Part shown: piece by piece, positions 30,191 through 40,436 of the stretch
Position numbering within the stretch: position 1 is the stretch's first letter
How the letters are laid out: each line of letters starts with the position of its first letter
Assembly: GCA_965279115.1 (NCBI GenBank)
Contig: OZ257137.1
Span: 2,806,587 to 2,870,586, forward strand
DNA from: Burkholderiales bacterium
Lineage (GTDB): Bacteria; Pseudomonadota; Gammaproteobacteria; Burkholderiales; JAEUOS01
Length of the DNA: 64,000 bases
Reading direction: 5' to 3'
Position numbers and translations under genes: made by a program
The notes under the pieces: model-generated
The model's input: only the letters and a program-made list of their open reading frames with translations
What the model was told of the DNA's origin: nothing
Database searches by the model: none

Positions 30191-31402
30191 TCAGGTCTTG
30201 CGCATGCCCCGGTGTCGCACGACGTCTTCCTGCGTCGCTACCTTGACGATGCCAAGCGCCCCAAGACGCTCGACATCGCTGGCGGAGTAGTGGAGTTCGC
30301 GCAGCATGTCGCCCGAATGCTCACCCAGCGCGGGAGGGCTCAGTTGCAATTCCCCGGGTTCTTCGGCAAAGCGGATCGGGTTGCCGATATGGTCCCAGCC
30401 ACGCGAATCGGTGAGAACCATGCCGCGTTCGCGGAAATGCGGGTCGTCAAGCACCTCAGGCAGCGTGTTCACGGGCGCGAAGGGAACATCGCGTCCCTTG
30501 AACCATTCAACCCATTCCGCGCGAGTTCGCGTCAGGAAGGTCGCGCGCAGGAAGTCGCGCACCGGATGCTGTGGCTTGCCCGGTGGCAGTTTGCAGGTGT
30601 CTATCAGGTCTGGCCGGCCCAGGGCGTTTAGCAGGTTGACGGCGAATTTGAATTCCTGGCTGCCGAGGGCCACCCAGCCGCCGTCCCGGGTCTCGTATAT
30701 CGAGTACATGGCGTTGCCGCCGAGCGAGCGTTCGTTGCCGACATCGGGTTGGCGTCGTGTCGCCATCGCCGAGCCGAGATTGTTGGGAATGCAGGCGAGC
30801 AGGCACTCGGCCATGGCCAGGTCGAGATAGTCGCCGCGTCCGGTTTCCTTGCGGCGCAAGAGCGCCATCAGTACGCCGGAGAGCCCGATCATCGAAGAAA
30901 GCATGTCGGAGGCCGGCAGGCCGGGAATCGCCGGCTTGCCGTCCTGCCCGTGGTTGAGCGAGAGCACGCCCGCCATCGCCTCGGTAGCGAGGTCATGGGT
31001 GGCAAGGTCCCGGTAAGGGCCGCTTTGCCCGTAGGCGGAAATCGAGGCGTACACGACATGCGGGGCGCGTGCGGCGACCTGCTTGTAACCCACGCCGAGA
31101 CGGTCGGCCACGCCGGGCCGAAAGGCTTCGATGATCACATCGGCCGACTCCGCCAGTCGCATGAGGACCTCCACGCCTTCAGGATGCTTGAGGTTCAACG
31201 CCAGGCTTTTCTTGCCGCGACTGGTGTTGGCGAAAAAGACGCTGATGCCGTCGCGCATCTCGCCGATCGAGCGCGTCGGCTCGCCTTCGTCAGTGGACTC
31301 GACCTTGATGACTTCCGCGCCCTGGTCGGCCATGAACTGCGTCAACATCGGCCCTGGCAGGAAGCGGGACAGGTCGATGACGCGGATGCCCTGGAGTTTC
31401 AT
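30191..31402 (-). CDS. family III CoA-transferase (CaiB/BaiF)
   Basis: N-terminus LQGIRVIDLSRFLPGPMLTQFMADQGAEVIKVE is typical of the family. Confidence 0.9.
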   Translation of the reverse strand: MKLQGIRVIDLSRFLPGPMLTQFMADQGAEVIKVESTDEGEPTRSIGEMRDGISVFFANTSRGKKSLALNLKHPEGVEVLMRLAESADVIIEAFRPGVADRLGVGYKQVAARAPHVVYASISAYGQSGPYRDLATHDLATEAMAGVLSLNHGQDGKPAIPGLPASDMLSSMIGLSGVLMALLRRKETGRGDYLDLAMAECLLACIPNNLGSAMATRRQPDVGNERSLGGNAMYSIYETRDGGWVALGSQEFKFAVNLLNALGRPDLIDTCKLPPGKPQHPVRDFLRATFLTRTRAEWVEWFKGRDVPFAPVNTLPEVLDDPHFRERGMVLTDSRGWDHIGNPIRFAEEPGELQLSPPALGEHSGDMLRELHYSASDVERLGALGIVKVATQEDVVRHRGMRKT

Positions 31403-31424
31403 GTGAGGTCGGCCTTCGGCGCGA

Positions 31425-32396
31425 TCAATCGGCGCGGATGTTCGCCGCGCGGATGATGCGGGCCCATTTCTCGCGCTCGGTGCGAACCCGCTCGGCGAGT
31501 TCCTCGGGCGTGCTGCCGAGAACTTCGAAGCCCAGCGACATCAGGTGCGCGCGCGTCTCCGGCAGCGCGAGGATCTTGCGCATCTCGGTGTTGATCAGGG
31601 TCACGATGGCGGGGGGTGTCCCCTTGGGCGCGAAGAACGCGTTCCAGGCGGTCAGTTCGAAGCCGGCCAAGCCCTGCTCGGCCACCGACTTCACGCCCGG
31701 CATGAGCTCGGAGGACTTGAGGGAAGTGACCGCCAGCGGCTTGAGACGCCCCGAATTGATGTGTGGCCGCAGCGCCGTGATGCTGTCGATGATCAGCGGC
31801 ACCTGGCCGCTCATGACCTCCGGCAGGGCGGTCGCCGAACCCTTGTAGGGAATCGCGAACAGCGGCGCTCCCTGCAGGCGCAACATTTCAAATGCGATGC
31901 GTTGTGGCGGCGCGGGAATGGCGACATTGAGCGAATCCGGCTTCGCCTTGGCAGCCGCGATCAGTTCACCGATCGAGTTGACCGGGAAGCCCGGATAGGC
32001 GGCCACCATCAGCGGCAGCATGCCGGTCATGGTGATCGGCTCGAAATCCTTTTCCGGGTCGTAGCCCAGCACCGGGTACAGCGAGGGATTCATGGTGTGG
32101 GTGCCGGATGTGCCGACACCCAGGGTGTAGCCGTCCGGAACCGAGCGCGCCAGGATCTCGGTGCCAAGCGTCGCGCCGGCGCCGGCGCGGTTCTCGACCA
32201 CCACGTTTCGGCCCAGCGCCTTACCAAGCTGCTCGACCAGGTAGCGCGTGCCCACATCGGTGCCTTGGCCGGGCGGGAAGGGCACGATCATCTTGATCGG
32301 CTTGGTGGGATAGGTCTGTGCGAGTACGGCAGCCGCGCACAGCATGGTGCTGGCGATGACCATAAGGGCCAGGGCATTCCGGAATGTCTTCATCAT
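31425..32396 (-). CDS. Bug-family (TctC-like) substrate-binding protein
   Basis: Signal peptide followed by YPTKPIKMIVPFPPGQGTD. A GGAGG sits just upstream of the tandem ATGs; the exact start is uncertain by 1-4 codons. Confidence 0.85.
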   Translation of the reverse strand: MMKTFRNALALMVIASTMLCAAAVLAQTYPTKPIKMIVPFPPGQGTDVGTRYLVEQLGKALGRNVVVENRAGAGATLGTEILARSVPDGYTLGVGTSGTHTMNPSLYPVLGYDPEKDFEPITMTGMLPLMVAAYPGFPVNSIGELIAAAKAKPDSLNVAIPAPPQRIAFEMLRLQGAPLFAIPYKGSATALPEVMSGQVPLIIDSITALRPHINSGRLKPLAVTSLKSSELMPGVKSVAEQGLAGFELTAWNAFFAPKGTPPAIVTLINTEMRKILALPETRAHLMSLGFEVLGSTPEELAERVRTEREKWARIIRAANIRAD

Positions 32397-32466
32397 CACC
32401 TCCCGCAACGGGAAACCTGCAGACGCGCAAAGGGGCAGCCGGGCGCGCCGGCTGCCGTCCGCCTGC

Positions 32467-33612
32467 CTAGAACGGCGCGAAGTCCTTGCCGAGAATGTCG
32501 CGCGCGATGATGCCCAGGTGCACTTCGCGCGGACCGTCGGCCGACTCCATGCCCAGGCAGTCGCGCAGGCGCTGCTCGTGCGGCAGGTCCTTGGCCCAAC
32601 CGTAGTGGCCGTTCAAGCGCATGCAGGTGTAGAGCGCCTCGTTGGCGGTTTTCACGCCCCACCACTTGGCCATCGACGACTCCGCGTCGTGGCGCAGGCC
32701 CTTGTCCTTGAGCGAGAGCGCGCGGTAGCACAACAGGCGCGCCGCCTCCAGCTTGGTGACCTCGGTGGCCAGTTCATTGGCCACGCCCTGCCACTTGGAG
32801 AGCGACTTGCCCATCACCTGGCGCTGCTTGACATACTCGATGGTCTCTTCCACCGACTTCATCGCCGCGCCAATGCAGGCCAGCGGGACGAAGTTGCGGT
32901 TGTAGCCGATGATGGTCATGGCCCAGATGAAGCCCTCGTTCTCCTTGCCGATCATGTTGCGTGCCGGGATGCGCACGTCGTCGAAGAACATGCTGCCGCC
33001 GCGGTCCAGCCTTTGGCCCATGCGGTCGAAGTTGGTGGTTGTCAGCCCGGGGGTGTCGGTGGGCACCAGGAAGAACGACAGGCCGCGCGGCCCCGGCTTG
33101 CCGGTGCGCGCCGAGACGAACACCACCTTGGACACTCCGGTGAAGGTGATGCTGGTCTTCTCGCCGTTGATCACATAGTAGTCGCCGTCGCGCACCGCCT
33201 TGGTGGTGATGTTGCCAGCGTCCGCCCCGCCGCGCGGCTCGGTAAAGGCCAGCGACATCATCTCGCCGTTGGCGATGCGCGGGATCCATTCGGCCTGCAG
33301 GTCCGGGTGCATGGAGGAGGCCATCTCGCCCAGGTGGATGGCGTTGGAGATGATGTAGCGGATCTGGTGGTCGCAGCGGCCGATTTCCTCACAGACGATG
33401 CCGCAATCGACGAAGGAATAGTTCTGGCCGTCGTATTTTTCCGGCAGGCGCAATCGCAACAGGCCCATGTCGACGATCTTCTGGATGAACTCCGGGGTGA
33501 GGAATTCGCCGGTGCGGTCCCAGCGCTGGTAGTTGGGCAGCAGTTCTGCCTCGGCGAACTTGCGCACCGAGTCGCGGATCATGATCTGGTTGTCGGTCAG
33601 GCTGAAGTCCAT
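32467..33612 (-). CDS. acyl-CoA dehydrogenase
   Basis: 381 aa with ACAD-typical blocks (FTEPRGGADAG, YYVINGEKTSITF). Confidence 0.9.
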   Translation of the reverse strand: MDFSLTDNQIMIRDSVRKFAEAELLPNYQRWDRTGEFLTPEFIQKIVDMGLLRLRLPEKYDGQNYSFVDCGIVCEEIGRCDHQIRYIISNAIHLGEMASSMHPDLQAEWIPRIANGEMMSLAFTEPRGGADAGNITTKAVRDGDYYVINGEKTSITFTGVSKVVFVSARTGKPGPRGLSFFLVPTDTPGLTTTNFDRMGQRLDRGGSMFFDDVRIPARNMIGKENEGFIWAMTIIGYNRNFVPLACIGAAMKSVEETIEYVKQRQVMGKSLSKWQGVANELATEVTKLEAARLLCYRALSLKDKGLRHDAESSMAKWWGVKTANEALYTCMRLNGHYGWAKDLPHEQRLRDCLGMESADGPREVHLGIIARDILGKDFAPF

Positions 33613-33645
33613 GCTGTTGTCTCCTGCTTTCGTATGTTGAGTCGG

Positions 33646-34767
33646 TTACTTGCCGGATTGCGAGGGCCGCTGGAACCAGGGCCCGGTGATGGGGTCTTTC
33701 CAGGGCGTGTAGCCTTCCCCGGCCCAGGCCTGCGGCCCATGCCTGAAGTGCCTTGCGGCCTCAAGGCTCTCGAGCCCCGGCATGTTGGGGTCGTAGAAGG
33801 CGCCCGGCGTCGCCGGCCGCGGGCCGGCCTTGGCCACCATGCCATGGGTGGGCCGGCCGATGATCTTCTCCAGCAGCCACACGCAATCGATCAGGCGGTC
33901 GATGTCGACGCCGGTGGCGATGCCCATGCCGTCGAGCATGTGCATGAAGTCCTCGGTGGCCACCATGCCGGAGGCGCGGCCGTTGCCGCCGAACTGGCCG
34001 CCGCCGATGCCGCCGAGCGTGCCCTCAACCAGCGCGGTGTCATCGGGCCCGAGCGTTCTCAAGGCCGCGTAGAGCGAAGGCAGGGCCATGCCGCGCGCGT
34101 TGTGCATGTGGAAATGGAACTGCCGCACGCCGGGCCAGCGGCACCTGATTTCCAGCAGGTCGGCTTCCATCTCGTGCGGCAGACAAAAGCTTTGTGAGTC
34201 ATGCAGGCCGATTTCAATGACCTCGATGCCGGCCGCGCCCAGCAATTCGAACTGGCGCTCAAGGAAGAACAGGCGGAAGTCCTGGTCGAACTTGCCCATG
34301 AAATTGGATCCCCAGGCCGAACCGATGCCGATGCGCGCCTGGGTGATGCCCTTTTGCTTCGCCTCGAGAATCGCGGCAGGCCACGTGTCCATCATCTGTT
34401 CGACCGAACGGTTGACGTTGCGGCGCTGGTGGATGTCGCAGATGTCGATGAACAGCGTGAACACATCGGCTTCGAGCGTCAGGGGCGGGGCGTACTCCTC
34501 GGCGCGCTTTCTTGCCTTCTGGTTGTGCAGGTAGGGCAGGTAGGTTACGCCGGCGCGCGGGCGGAAGCGTTTGAGGATCTCCTCGAAGCAGGCCATCTGC
34601 GGCACATAGGCGGGGCTGACGAAGGCGCCGACGGTGATGCGTTTCAGGCCGGTGTCGGAGAGCGCCTCGAGGAACTCGACCTTGGCTTCGACCGGAATGG
34701 CCACGTCCTCGATGCCGAAACCCTCGCGCATCACTTCTTCGTTGTAGATGACGGTCGGCCAGTTCAT
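33646..34767 (-). CDS. HMGL-like (pyruvate carboxyltransferase fold) lyase
   Basis: The N-terminal EVMREGFGIE and the TIM-barrel-like pattern resemble HMG-CoA-lyase-like enzymes. Confidence 0.7.
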   Translation of the reverse strand: MNWPTVIYNEEVMREGFGIEDVAIPVEAKVEFLEALSDTGLKRITVGAFVSPAYVPQMACFEEILKRFRPRAGVTYLPYLHNQKARKRAEEYAPPLTLEADVFTLFIDICDIHQRRNVNRSVEQMMDTWPAAILEAKQKGITQARIGIGSAWGSNFMGKFDQDFRLFFLERQFELLGAAGIEVIEIGLHDSQSFCLPHEMEADLLEIRCRWPGVRQFHFHMHNARGMALPSLYAALRTLGPDDTALVEGTLGGIGGGQFGGNGRASGMVATEDFMHMLDGMGIATGVDIDRLIDCVWLLEKIIGRPTHGMVAKAGPRPATPGAFYDPNMPGLESLEAARHFRHGPQAWAGEGYTPWKDPITGPWFQRPSQSGK

Positions 34768-34909
34768 GGGGTCGTTCCGGGCTTGGGCTGCGGATTTTCC
34801 GCGCTTGCTTGCCGGTAGGCTTTAATTGTATAACTATTATGATACGATGCCGGAAACCCGTCAACATCCCCGCTTCAGACGGGGTGTTCCTTGCATCAGG
34901 AGACATCGG

Positions 34910-36589
34910 ATGAACGAGAGCGCGCCGCCGCGCACCACCGGGAGGGTGCTGCCCGAGGGCAGGACATACGAGGAGATCTGCGCGCGCTTCAGGTGGGGTG
35001 TGCCGGCCAGCTTCAATATCGCCGTGGACATCTGCGACCGCCATGCGGATGACCCGACGCGTGTGGCCATGATCTACGAGGACGAGACCGGCCGCATCAG
35101 CGAGCACACATTCGCCGATTTTCGCGCGCGTTCCAACCAGCTCGCCGGCGCCCTGCGGCGCCTGGGCGTGGCGCGTGGCGATCGTGTCGGGATCGTGATG
35201 TCACAAAGGCCGGAAACCGGCACCGCGCATCTGGGCATCTACAAGCTCGGCGCGATCGCCTTGCCACTGGCCACGCTGTTCGGTCCCGAGGCGCTCGAGT
35301 ACCGCCTGCGCAGTGCCGGTGTGCGGGTGGTGATCACCGACGCGATGAGCGTGGATCGCCTGATTGAGGTGCGCGCCAGGCTGCCCGAGCTCACCCACAT
35401 CATCAGTGCCGACCCGCTCGGTCGCAGCGATGTGCTGGACTATGGCCCGCTGATCGCTGCCGAACCCGAACAGTTCGAACCGGTGGACACCGCGGCCGAA
35501 GACCCCGCGCTCCTGATTTTCACTTCCGGTACCACCGGGCCGCCCAAGGGTGCGCTGCATGCGCACCGCATCATGCTGGGGCGCCTGCCCTCGATGGAGT
35601 TCGTGCACCAGGGGTTTCCGCAACCCGGCGACCGATTCTGGACCCCGGCCGACTGGGCGTGGGCGGGCGGGCTGCTCGACATGCTGTTGCCCAGCTGGCA
35701 CTACGGCGTGACCGTGGTGGCGCACCGCGCGCGCAAGTTTGACGCCGCGCGCGCCTTCGACCTGATGGCGCGCCACAAGGTGCGCAACGTGTTCCTGCCG
35801 GCCACGGTGCTCAAGATGATGCGCCTGATCGAAAATCCGCGCCAGCAGTGGGACGTGCAACTGCGCACCATCCATACCGGCGGCGAGACGGTGGGCGAAG
35901 ATGTGATCCGCTGGGCGCGCGATGCCCTGGGCGCCACGCCGCACGAGGCCTTCGGCCAGACCGAGGCCGTGATGATCATCGGCAACTGCACCGACTACAT
36001 GCCGATCAAGCCGGGCTCGCTCGGCCGGCCGATCCCCGGCCACGAGATCACCCTGCTGGATGCCGAAGGCCGGCCGACACCCGACGGTGAGGTCGGCGAG
36101 ATTTCACTGAAGCGCCCGGTGCCGGCGATGTTCCTGCGCTACTGGAACGACGAGGCCGCCACACGCGAGAAGTTCTCCGGCGACTGGCTGCTAACCGGCG
36201 ACCTGGCGAAGCGGGACGAGGACGGCTATATCTGGTATGTCGGCCGCAAGGACGACGTGATCTCGAGCGGCGCGTATCGCATCGGCCCTGGCGAGATTGA
36301 AGCCTGCCTGACCGGCCACCCGGCGGTGGCGCTGGCGGTGGCGGTCGGCAGCCCCGACCCGATTCGCGGCGAGGTGGTCAAGGCTTTCGTGCAGTTGCGC
36401 GAGGGATTCGCGCCGACACCTGAATTGGCGCAGGAACTCCAGGTCCATGTGCGCACCCGGCTGTCCGCGCACGAGTACCCGCGCGAGATCGAGTTTCACG
36501 ACGCGATTCCGACCACCACCACCGGCAAGGTCATCCGCAAGGGACTGCGGCAACTCGAATACGAGCGCAAGAAGGGCAAGCCCGCTTAG
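34910..36589 (+). CDS. AMP-dependent acyl-CoA synthetase/ligase
   Basis: AMP-binding motifs FTSGTTGPPKG and TGDLAKRDEDGYIWYVGRKDD. CAGGAGA RBS before ATG 34910. Confidence 0.9.
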   Translation: MNESAPPRTTGRVLPEGRTYEEICARFRWGVPASFNIAVDICDRHADDPTRVAMIYEDETGRISEHTFADFRARSNQLAGALRRLGVARGDRVGIVMSQRPETGTAHLGIYKLGAIALPLATLFGPEALEYRLRSAGVRVVITDAMSVDRLIEVRARLPELTHIISADPLGRSDVLDYGPLIAAEPEQFEPVDTAAEDPALLIFTSGTTGPPKGALHAHRIMLGRLPSMEFVHQGFPQPGDRFWTPADWAWAGGLLDMLLPSWHYGVTVVAHRARKFDAARAFDLMARHKVRNVFLPATVLKMMRLIENPRQQWDVQLRTIHTGGETVGEDVIRWARDALGATPHEAFGQTEAVMIIGNCTDYMPIKPGSLGRPIPGHEITLLDAEGRPTPDGEVGEISLKRPVPAMFLRYWNDEAATREKFSGDWLLTGDLAKRDEDGYIWYVGRKDDVISSGAYRIGPGEIEACLTGHPAVALAVAVGSPDPIRGEVVKAFVQLREGFAPTPELAQELQVHVRTRLSAHEYPREIEFHDAIPTTTTGKVIRKGLRQLEYERKKGKPA

Positions 36590-36625
36590 GGCCCGCCAGT
36601 CAAGCAGGCAGCAAGTGCTGCCTGC

Positions 36626-37624
36626 TTACTTGAAAGTGCCCAGCTTGCGCGCGAGTTGCCCGGCCTTTTCGAGCTCGCTCTTCATGTCGGCCTCGAACTG
36701 CTCGTTGGTGGGGCTGATGGGTTGCGCGCCGAGGCCGGTGAGACGTTCCTGGACCTCCTTTGAACGCATCGCGCCTTGGATGAGCGCGTTGAGCGTGGCC
36801 ACTGCTTCCTTTGGTGTGCCTGTGGGCGCGAGAAAGCCATACCACACCGGTGTGGGTGTATACCCGGGCACGCGCAACTCCTCGGCCAGCGGCGGCGCGT
36901 CGGGCAACAGCGGCGAGCGCTGCGTGTCGAATACCCCCAGCGCGCGGGCGCGGCCGGAGCGCAGGTGGGGCAAGGCCAGGGGCACCACCACCGGAAACAG
37001 CGGGATCTGCCCGCCGATGGTGTCGGTCATGGCCTGTGCCGTGCTCTTGTACGGCACCTCGACGATGTCCAGCCCCGCAGCCTGCTTGAACAACTCCATC
37101 TCCTGCTGGCTGATGGTGCCGGCGCCGGACGACGCGTAACTGAGCTTGCCCGGGTTGGCCTTGGCATATGCGACCAGTTCGCGCACGTTGGCAAACGGCG
37201 CGCCGGGGTTGGTGGCCAGCACCAATGGAATCACCGCGACCTTGGCGATCGGCACGAAGTCCTTGATCGGGTCGTAAGGCGGCTTGGCGTTCTGGCTTGG
37301 CACGATGATGAAAGGATTGGCGGCGATCAGCATGGTGTAGCCGTCGGGCGCCGACTTGGCTGCCGCCATGGTGCCGATCAGGCTGCCGCCGCCGTCGCGA
37401 TTCTCGATCACCACCGGCTGCCCCGATTTCTCCGTGATGCTCTGGCCGATGGTGCGCGCCAGGACGTCGCTACCGGTGCCGGCGGAGTAGGGCACGATGA
37501 TCTTCATCGGCCGGTTCGGGAAGGGGCCCGACTGCGCCAGCGCACTGTTGCATGCCAGCGCGGCGGCAACCGCCAACGTCAGTCCGACCACCCGGCGGCG
37601 CGCCTCGAGAATCCGTGAATGCAT
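36626..37624 (-). CDS. Bug-family (TctC-like) substrate-binding protein
   Basis: Signal peptide followed by FPNRPMKIIVPYSAGTGSD. The 559-aa ORF-track extension is rejected. Confidence 0.85.
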   Translation of the reverse strand: MHSRILEARRRVVGLTLAVAAALACNSALAQSGPFPNRPMKIIVPYSAGTGSDVLARTIGQSITEKSGQPVVIENRDGGGSLIGTMAAAKSAPDGYTMLIAANPFIIVPSQNAKPPYDPIKDFVPIAKVAVIPLVLATNPGAPFANVRELVAYAKANPGKLSYASSGAGTISQQEMELFKQAAGLDIVEVPYKSTAQAMTDTIGGQIPLFPVVVPLALPHLRSGRARALGVFDTQRSPLLPDAPPLAEELRVPGYTPTPVWYGFLAPTGTPKEAVATLNALIQGAMRSKEVQERLTGLGAQPISPTNEQFEADMKSELEKAGQLARKLGTFK

Positions 37625-37768
37625 TGTTGTCTCCTTGAAGATGGACCTGCACCCGACCAACCCGCGCTTCTTCGAGCGACTTTTGTTGACATTCTTATTA
37701 TATAACCATTTAATCGGTATCTTGCAATGGTCGCAACCGGCCTGGTTTTCCGAAGACCTACATATTTC

Positions 37769-38614
37769 ATGACGCAACCTGCACCCGAAAACAAGAAGGC
37801 CAAGGACTTGCCGGTCCGCAAGCGTCCGAAAGCCGCCGAACGGGTGGCAGAAGAACTGCGCCGCCAGATCGTCACCGGGCGCCTGAAGCCCGGCGACAAG
37901 CTCCAGCCAGAGAACATGCTGCAGGCCGAGTTCGCCATCTCGCGCCCGACCATGCGCGAAGCCCTGCGCATCCTCGAGTCGGAGTCGCTCATCAGCATCA
38001 GCCGTGGCAAGCACGGCGGTGCAAGGGTGACCCGGATGGACCTTGGCGCGGCCGCCAGCCAGGTGGGCGTGTACCTGCAGATCGAGGGCGCGACGCTTCA
38101 GGACGTGTGGCTGGCGCGCACCATCATCGAGCCGCCGGCGGCGGGCCTCTTGGCAGCGCAGCGCAACCCGCAGGCCTTCGCGGACCTGGAGGCCAACATC
38201 GTGGCCGCGCGCGAGGCCGCGCAGACCGACCTGATCCGCTATGCCGACCTGTCCGCCGAGTTTTCCATGCTGATCACCCGGCATTGCGGCAACAAGACCA
38301 TCCACCTCTTGTCTTCATTGATCTACGACATCATCCGTCGCCAGCACGAGGACGTGACCGCGCGCACCTCCACCCGGGCCAGCGTGGACAAGCTGCGCCA
38401 GGACAGCATCAGGAGCCGCGAAATGGCGGTGGCATTGATGAAGAGCGGCACCCCGGCGGTGGCCGAGAGCTTCTGGCGGGCGCACCTCGAGAACATGCGC
38501 GACCTTGTGCTGGCTGCCTACAAGGGGCCGATGACCATCGATGTGCTCAATGAGCCGATCGGCAAATTGCGGCCGATCGGCAACGTCAAGCGCAAGGCCG
38601 GTCCGGCCGCGTGA
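37769..38614 (+). CDS. GntR-family transcriptional regulator (FadR/FCD type)
   Basis: N-terminal winged HTH (AERVAEELRRQIVTGRLKPGDKLQPENMLQAEFAISRPTMREALRILE) and a helical C-terminal domain. Confidence 0.85.
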   Translation: MTQPAPENKKAKDLPVRKRPKAAERVAEELRRQIVTGRLKPGDKLQPENMLQAEFAISRPTMREALRILESESLISISRGKHGGARVTRMDLGAAASQVGVYLQIEGATLQDVWLARTIIEPPAAGLLAAQRNPQAFADLEANIVAAREAAQTDLIRYADLSAEFSMLITRHCGNKTIHLLSSLIYDIIRRQHEDVTARTSTRASVDKLRQDSIRSREMAVALMKSGTPAVAESFWRAHLENMRDLVLAAYKGPMTIDVLNEPIGKLRPIGNVKRKAGPAA

Positions 38615-38644
38615 AGTTGCAGCCCGGCTTCCTGTAGGCGGGGT

Positions 38645-39625
38645 TCAGTCGAGCGCGATTTTCAGCGTCGAGGTGACCTCGCGCACCTTGGCTACTTCTT
38701 CGCGCAGGAACTTCTGGAACACCTCCGGCGTGGCGGGGTAGGGTTCCGCGCCATAGGCCTGCAGGCGCTTCGCGTAGTCGGCGTCCGCCACCACTTGCTG
38801 CGATACCTGCGCCAGTCTGTCAATCGCCGCGCGCGGCGTGGCGGCCGGCGCCATCAGTCCGCAAAAGCCCAACTGCTCGATATCCGGAATGCCCTGTTCC
38901 ACATTGGTAGGCACCTCAGGCAGCACCGTTGCACGGCGTGGAGCGAACACCGTGAGCGCCCGCAACTGACCGGCCTTCAGGCGTGGGGCCACGCCGAACA
39001 CGGTATCGAACCCCAGGTCGGTCTGGCCGCTCATGGTGGCCTGGCTGGCCTCCGGGCCGCTCTTGTAAGGCACATGCAGCACGTCGATGCCGGTGCGCAT
39101 GCGCAACAATTCCATCTGCAGGTGCGCGCTGGTGCCGACACCCCAGGTGGAATAGGTGTACTTGCCGGGATTGGCCTTTGCCAGCGCGATGAATTCACCC
39201 AGGCTGCGCGCCGGGAAATCCGGACGCGCCGACAGGACGATGCCGGTGGTGAATAGACCCGTCACCGGGGTGAAGGTGACCAGCGGGTCGTATTCTGACT
39301 TGCGGTAGACGTGCGGCGCGACGATGTAGGTGTTGCTGGCAATCAGCAGGGTGTGGCCGTCGGCCGGCGCGCGCATCACCAGGCCGGCGGCAATCGCTCC
39401 GCCCGCCCCGGGTTTGTTGTCCACGATCACCGATACGCCCAGGAGTGCGGACGCCCTGGTGGCGTAGATGCGCGCGATCACGTCGATGGATGAGCCAGGC
39501 GCCAGCGGGCATACCAGGGTGATGGTCCTGGCAGGAAACGAGGGCGCCTGTGCGTTTGCCCTCGATGCCATGGATGCGAAGGGCGCAAACGCGGCGGCGC
39601 GAATCAGGGTGCGGCGTTGGTTCAT
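38645..39625 (-). CDS. Bug-family (TctC-like) substrate-binding protein
   Basis: Signal peptide followed by FPARTITLVCPLAPGSSID. Confidence 0.85.
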   Translation of the reverse strand: MNQRRTLIRAAAFAPFASMASRANAQAPSFPARTITLVCPLAPGSSIDVIARIYATRASALLGVSVIVDNKPGAGGAIAAGLVMRAPADGHTLLIASNTYIVAPHVYRKSEYDPLVTFTPVTGLFTTGIVLSARPDFPARSLGEFIALAKANPGKYTYSTWGVGTSAHLQMELLRMRTGIDVLHVPYKSGPEASQATMSGQTDLGFDTVFGVAPRLKAGQLRALTVFAPRRATVLPEVPTNVEQGIPDIEQLGFCGLMAPAATPRAAIDRLAQVSQQVVADADYAKRLQAYGAEPYPATPEVFQKFLREEVAKVREVTSTLKIALD

Positions 39626-39849
39626 TTTGTCTCCCGGTATGCGTGACCTCGCGGGTCACGGAATTCTTCTGGCCCATTCTAGGCGTCCCGCGTGACGTAC
39701 GTCACAACTTGAGACCTGCTTTCCGGCAAGGCGTGCGTTTACGCACCGGAGCAACCCGTTTGCCCTGCATCCAGCGTGACGGCCGGCCTATAAAGCCATC
39801 CATGCGGATCACATTCCTGACCCGCAAGACGGATAAGCCGGAGGGAATC

Positions 39850-39996
39850 ATGAAAACCATCACCAGCACGATCACCGCAATCGCAGTCACGCTTGTCATC
39901 GGACTTGCCATCGGTGGCAACGCAAGTCATTCCGAAACCGAACCCCAGACCCAGGCCTTCGCGCCGATCACCGTCAACGACCTGTTGAAAATCTGA
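39850..39996 (+). CDS. 48-aa small hydrophobic/exported peptide (hypothetical)
   Basis: GGAGGG RBS 5 nt before the ATG; the N-terminal TM/signal segment is MKTITSTITAIAVTLVIGLAIGG. Confidence 0.3.
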   Translation: MKTITSTITAIAVTLVIGLAIGGNASHSETEPQTQAFAPITVNDLLKI

Positions 39997-40001
39997 GCCG
40001 G

Positions 40002-40415
40002 ATGGTTGCTGTCATGACCTCTACATTTGACCTGGAAGCGGCCTGCTCGGCCTTGTTCGAAACCGTGGCGCCCCTCTATCGGGGGAACGGTGCGGTTTAT
40101 CCGGCATTGATCGGTGTGCGTCTCAGGGCGGGCCGCGTGGTCGATTCGCATACCGAGTGGCTCAAGACGCCGGCCAAGACCGATATCCTGATCGCCCGGA
40201 TGCGGCGCCAGTGGGAGACTGTGGCGCTGGTCAAGCCGGCGGACGGTGTCTCCGAAGATCCCGCCCCGGATGCCTTGGGCAGACAACGCTTCGCATCGAT
40301 CGAGTTGCACTCGGCCGCCGGGGTCGCGCGCGCATACTGCTGCGTGCATCAAGGCACGCGGGAAATGCGCACCGGCCGCCTTTCCGTGCTTGCCGCGCCC
40401 GCCAACCCTGCCTGA
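40002..40415 (+). CDS. hypothetical protein
   Basis: 137-aa ORF starting 5 nt after the small peptide gene. No motif recognised. Confidence 0.4.
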   Translation: MVAVMTSTFDLEAACSALFETVAPLYRGNGAVYPALIGVRLRAGRVVDSHTEWLKTPAKTDILIARMRRQWETVALVKPADGVSEDPAPDALGRQRFASIELHSAAGVARAYCCVHQGTREMRTGRLSVLAAPANPA

Positions 40416-40436
40416 AAGGCGGCGGCACGCCGCCGG

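Noticed and set aside
37625-38305. N-terminal 227-aa extension of the Bug-protein ORF (559 aa in the ORF track).
   Set aside because: The extension overlaps the divergent GntR gene and has shadow-ORF composition. A normal signal peptide follows the internal ATG at 37624.
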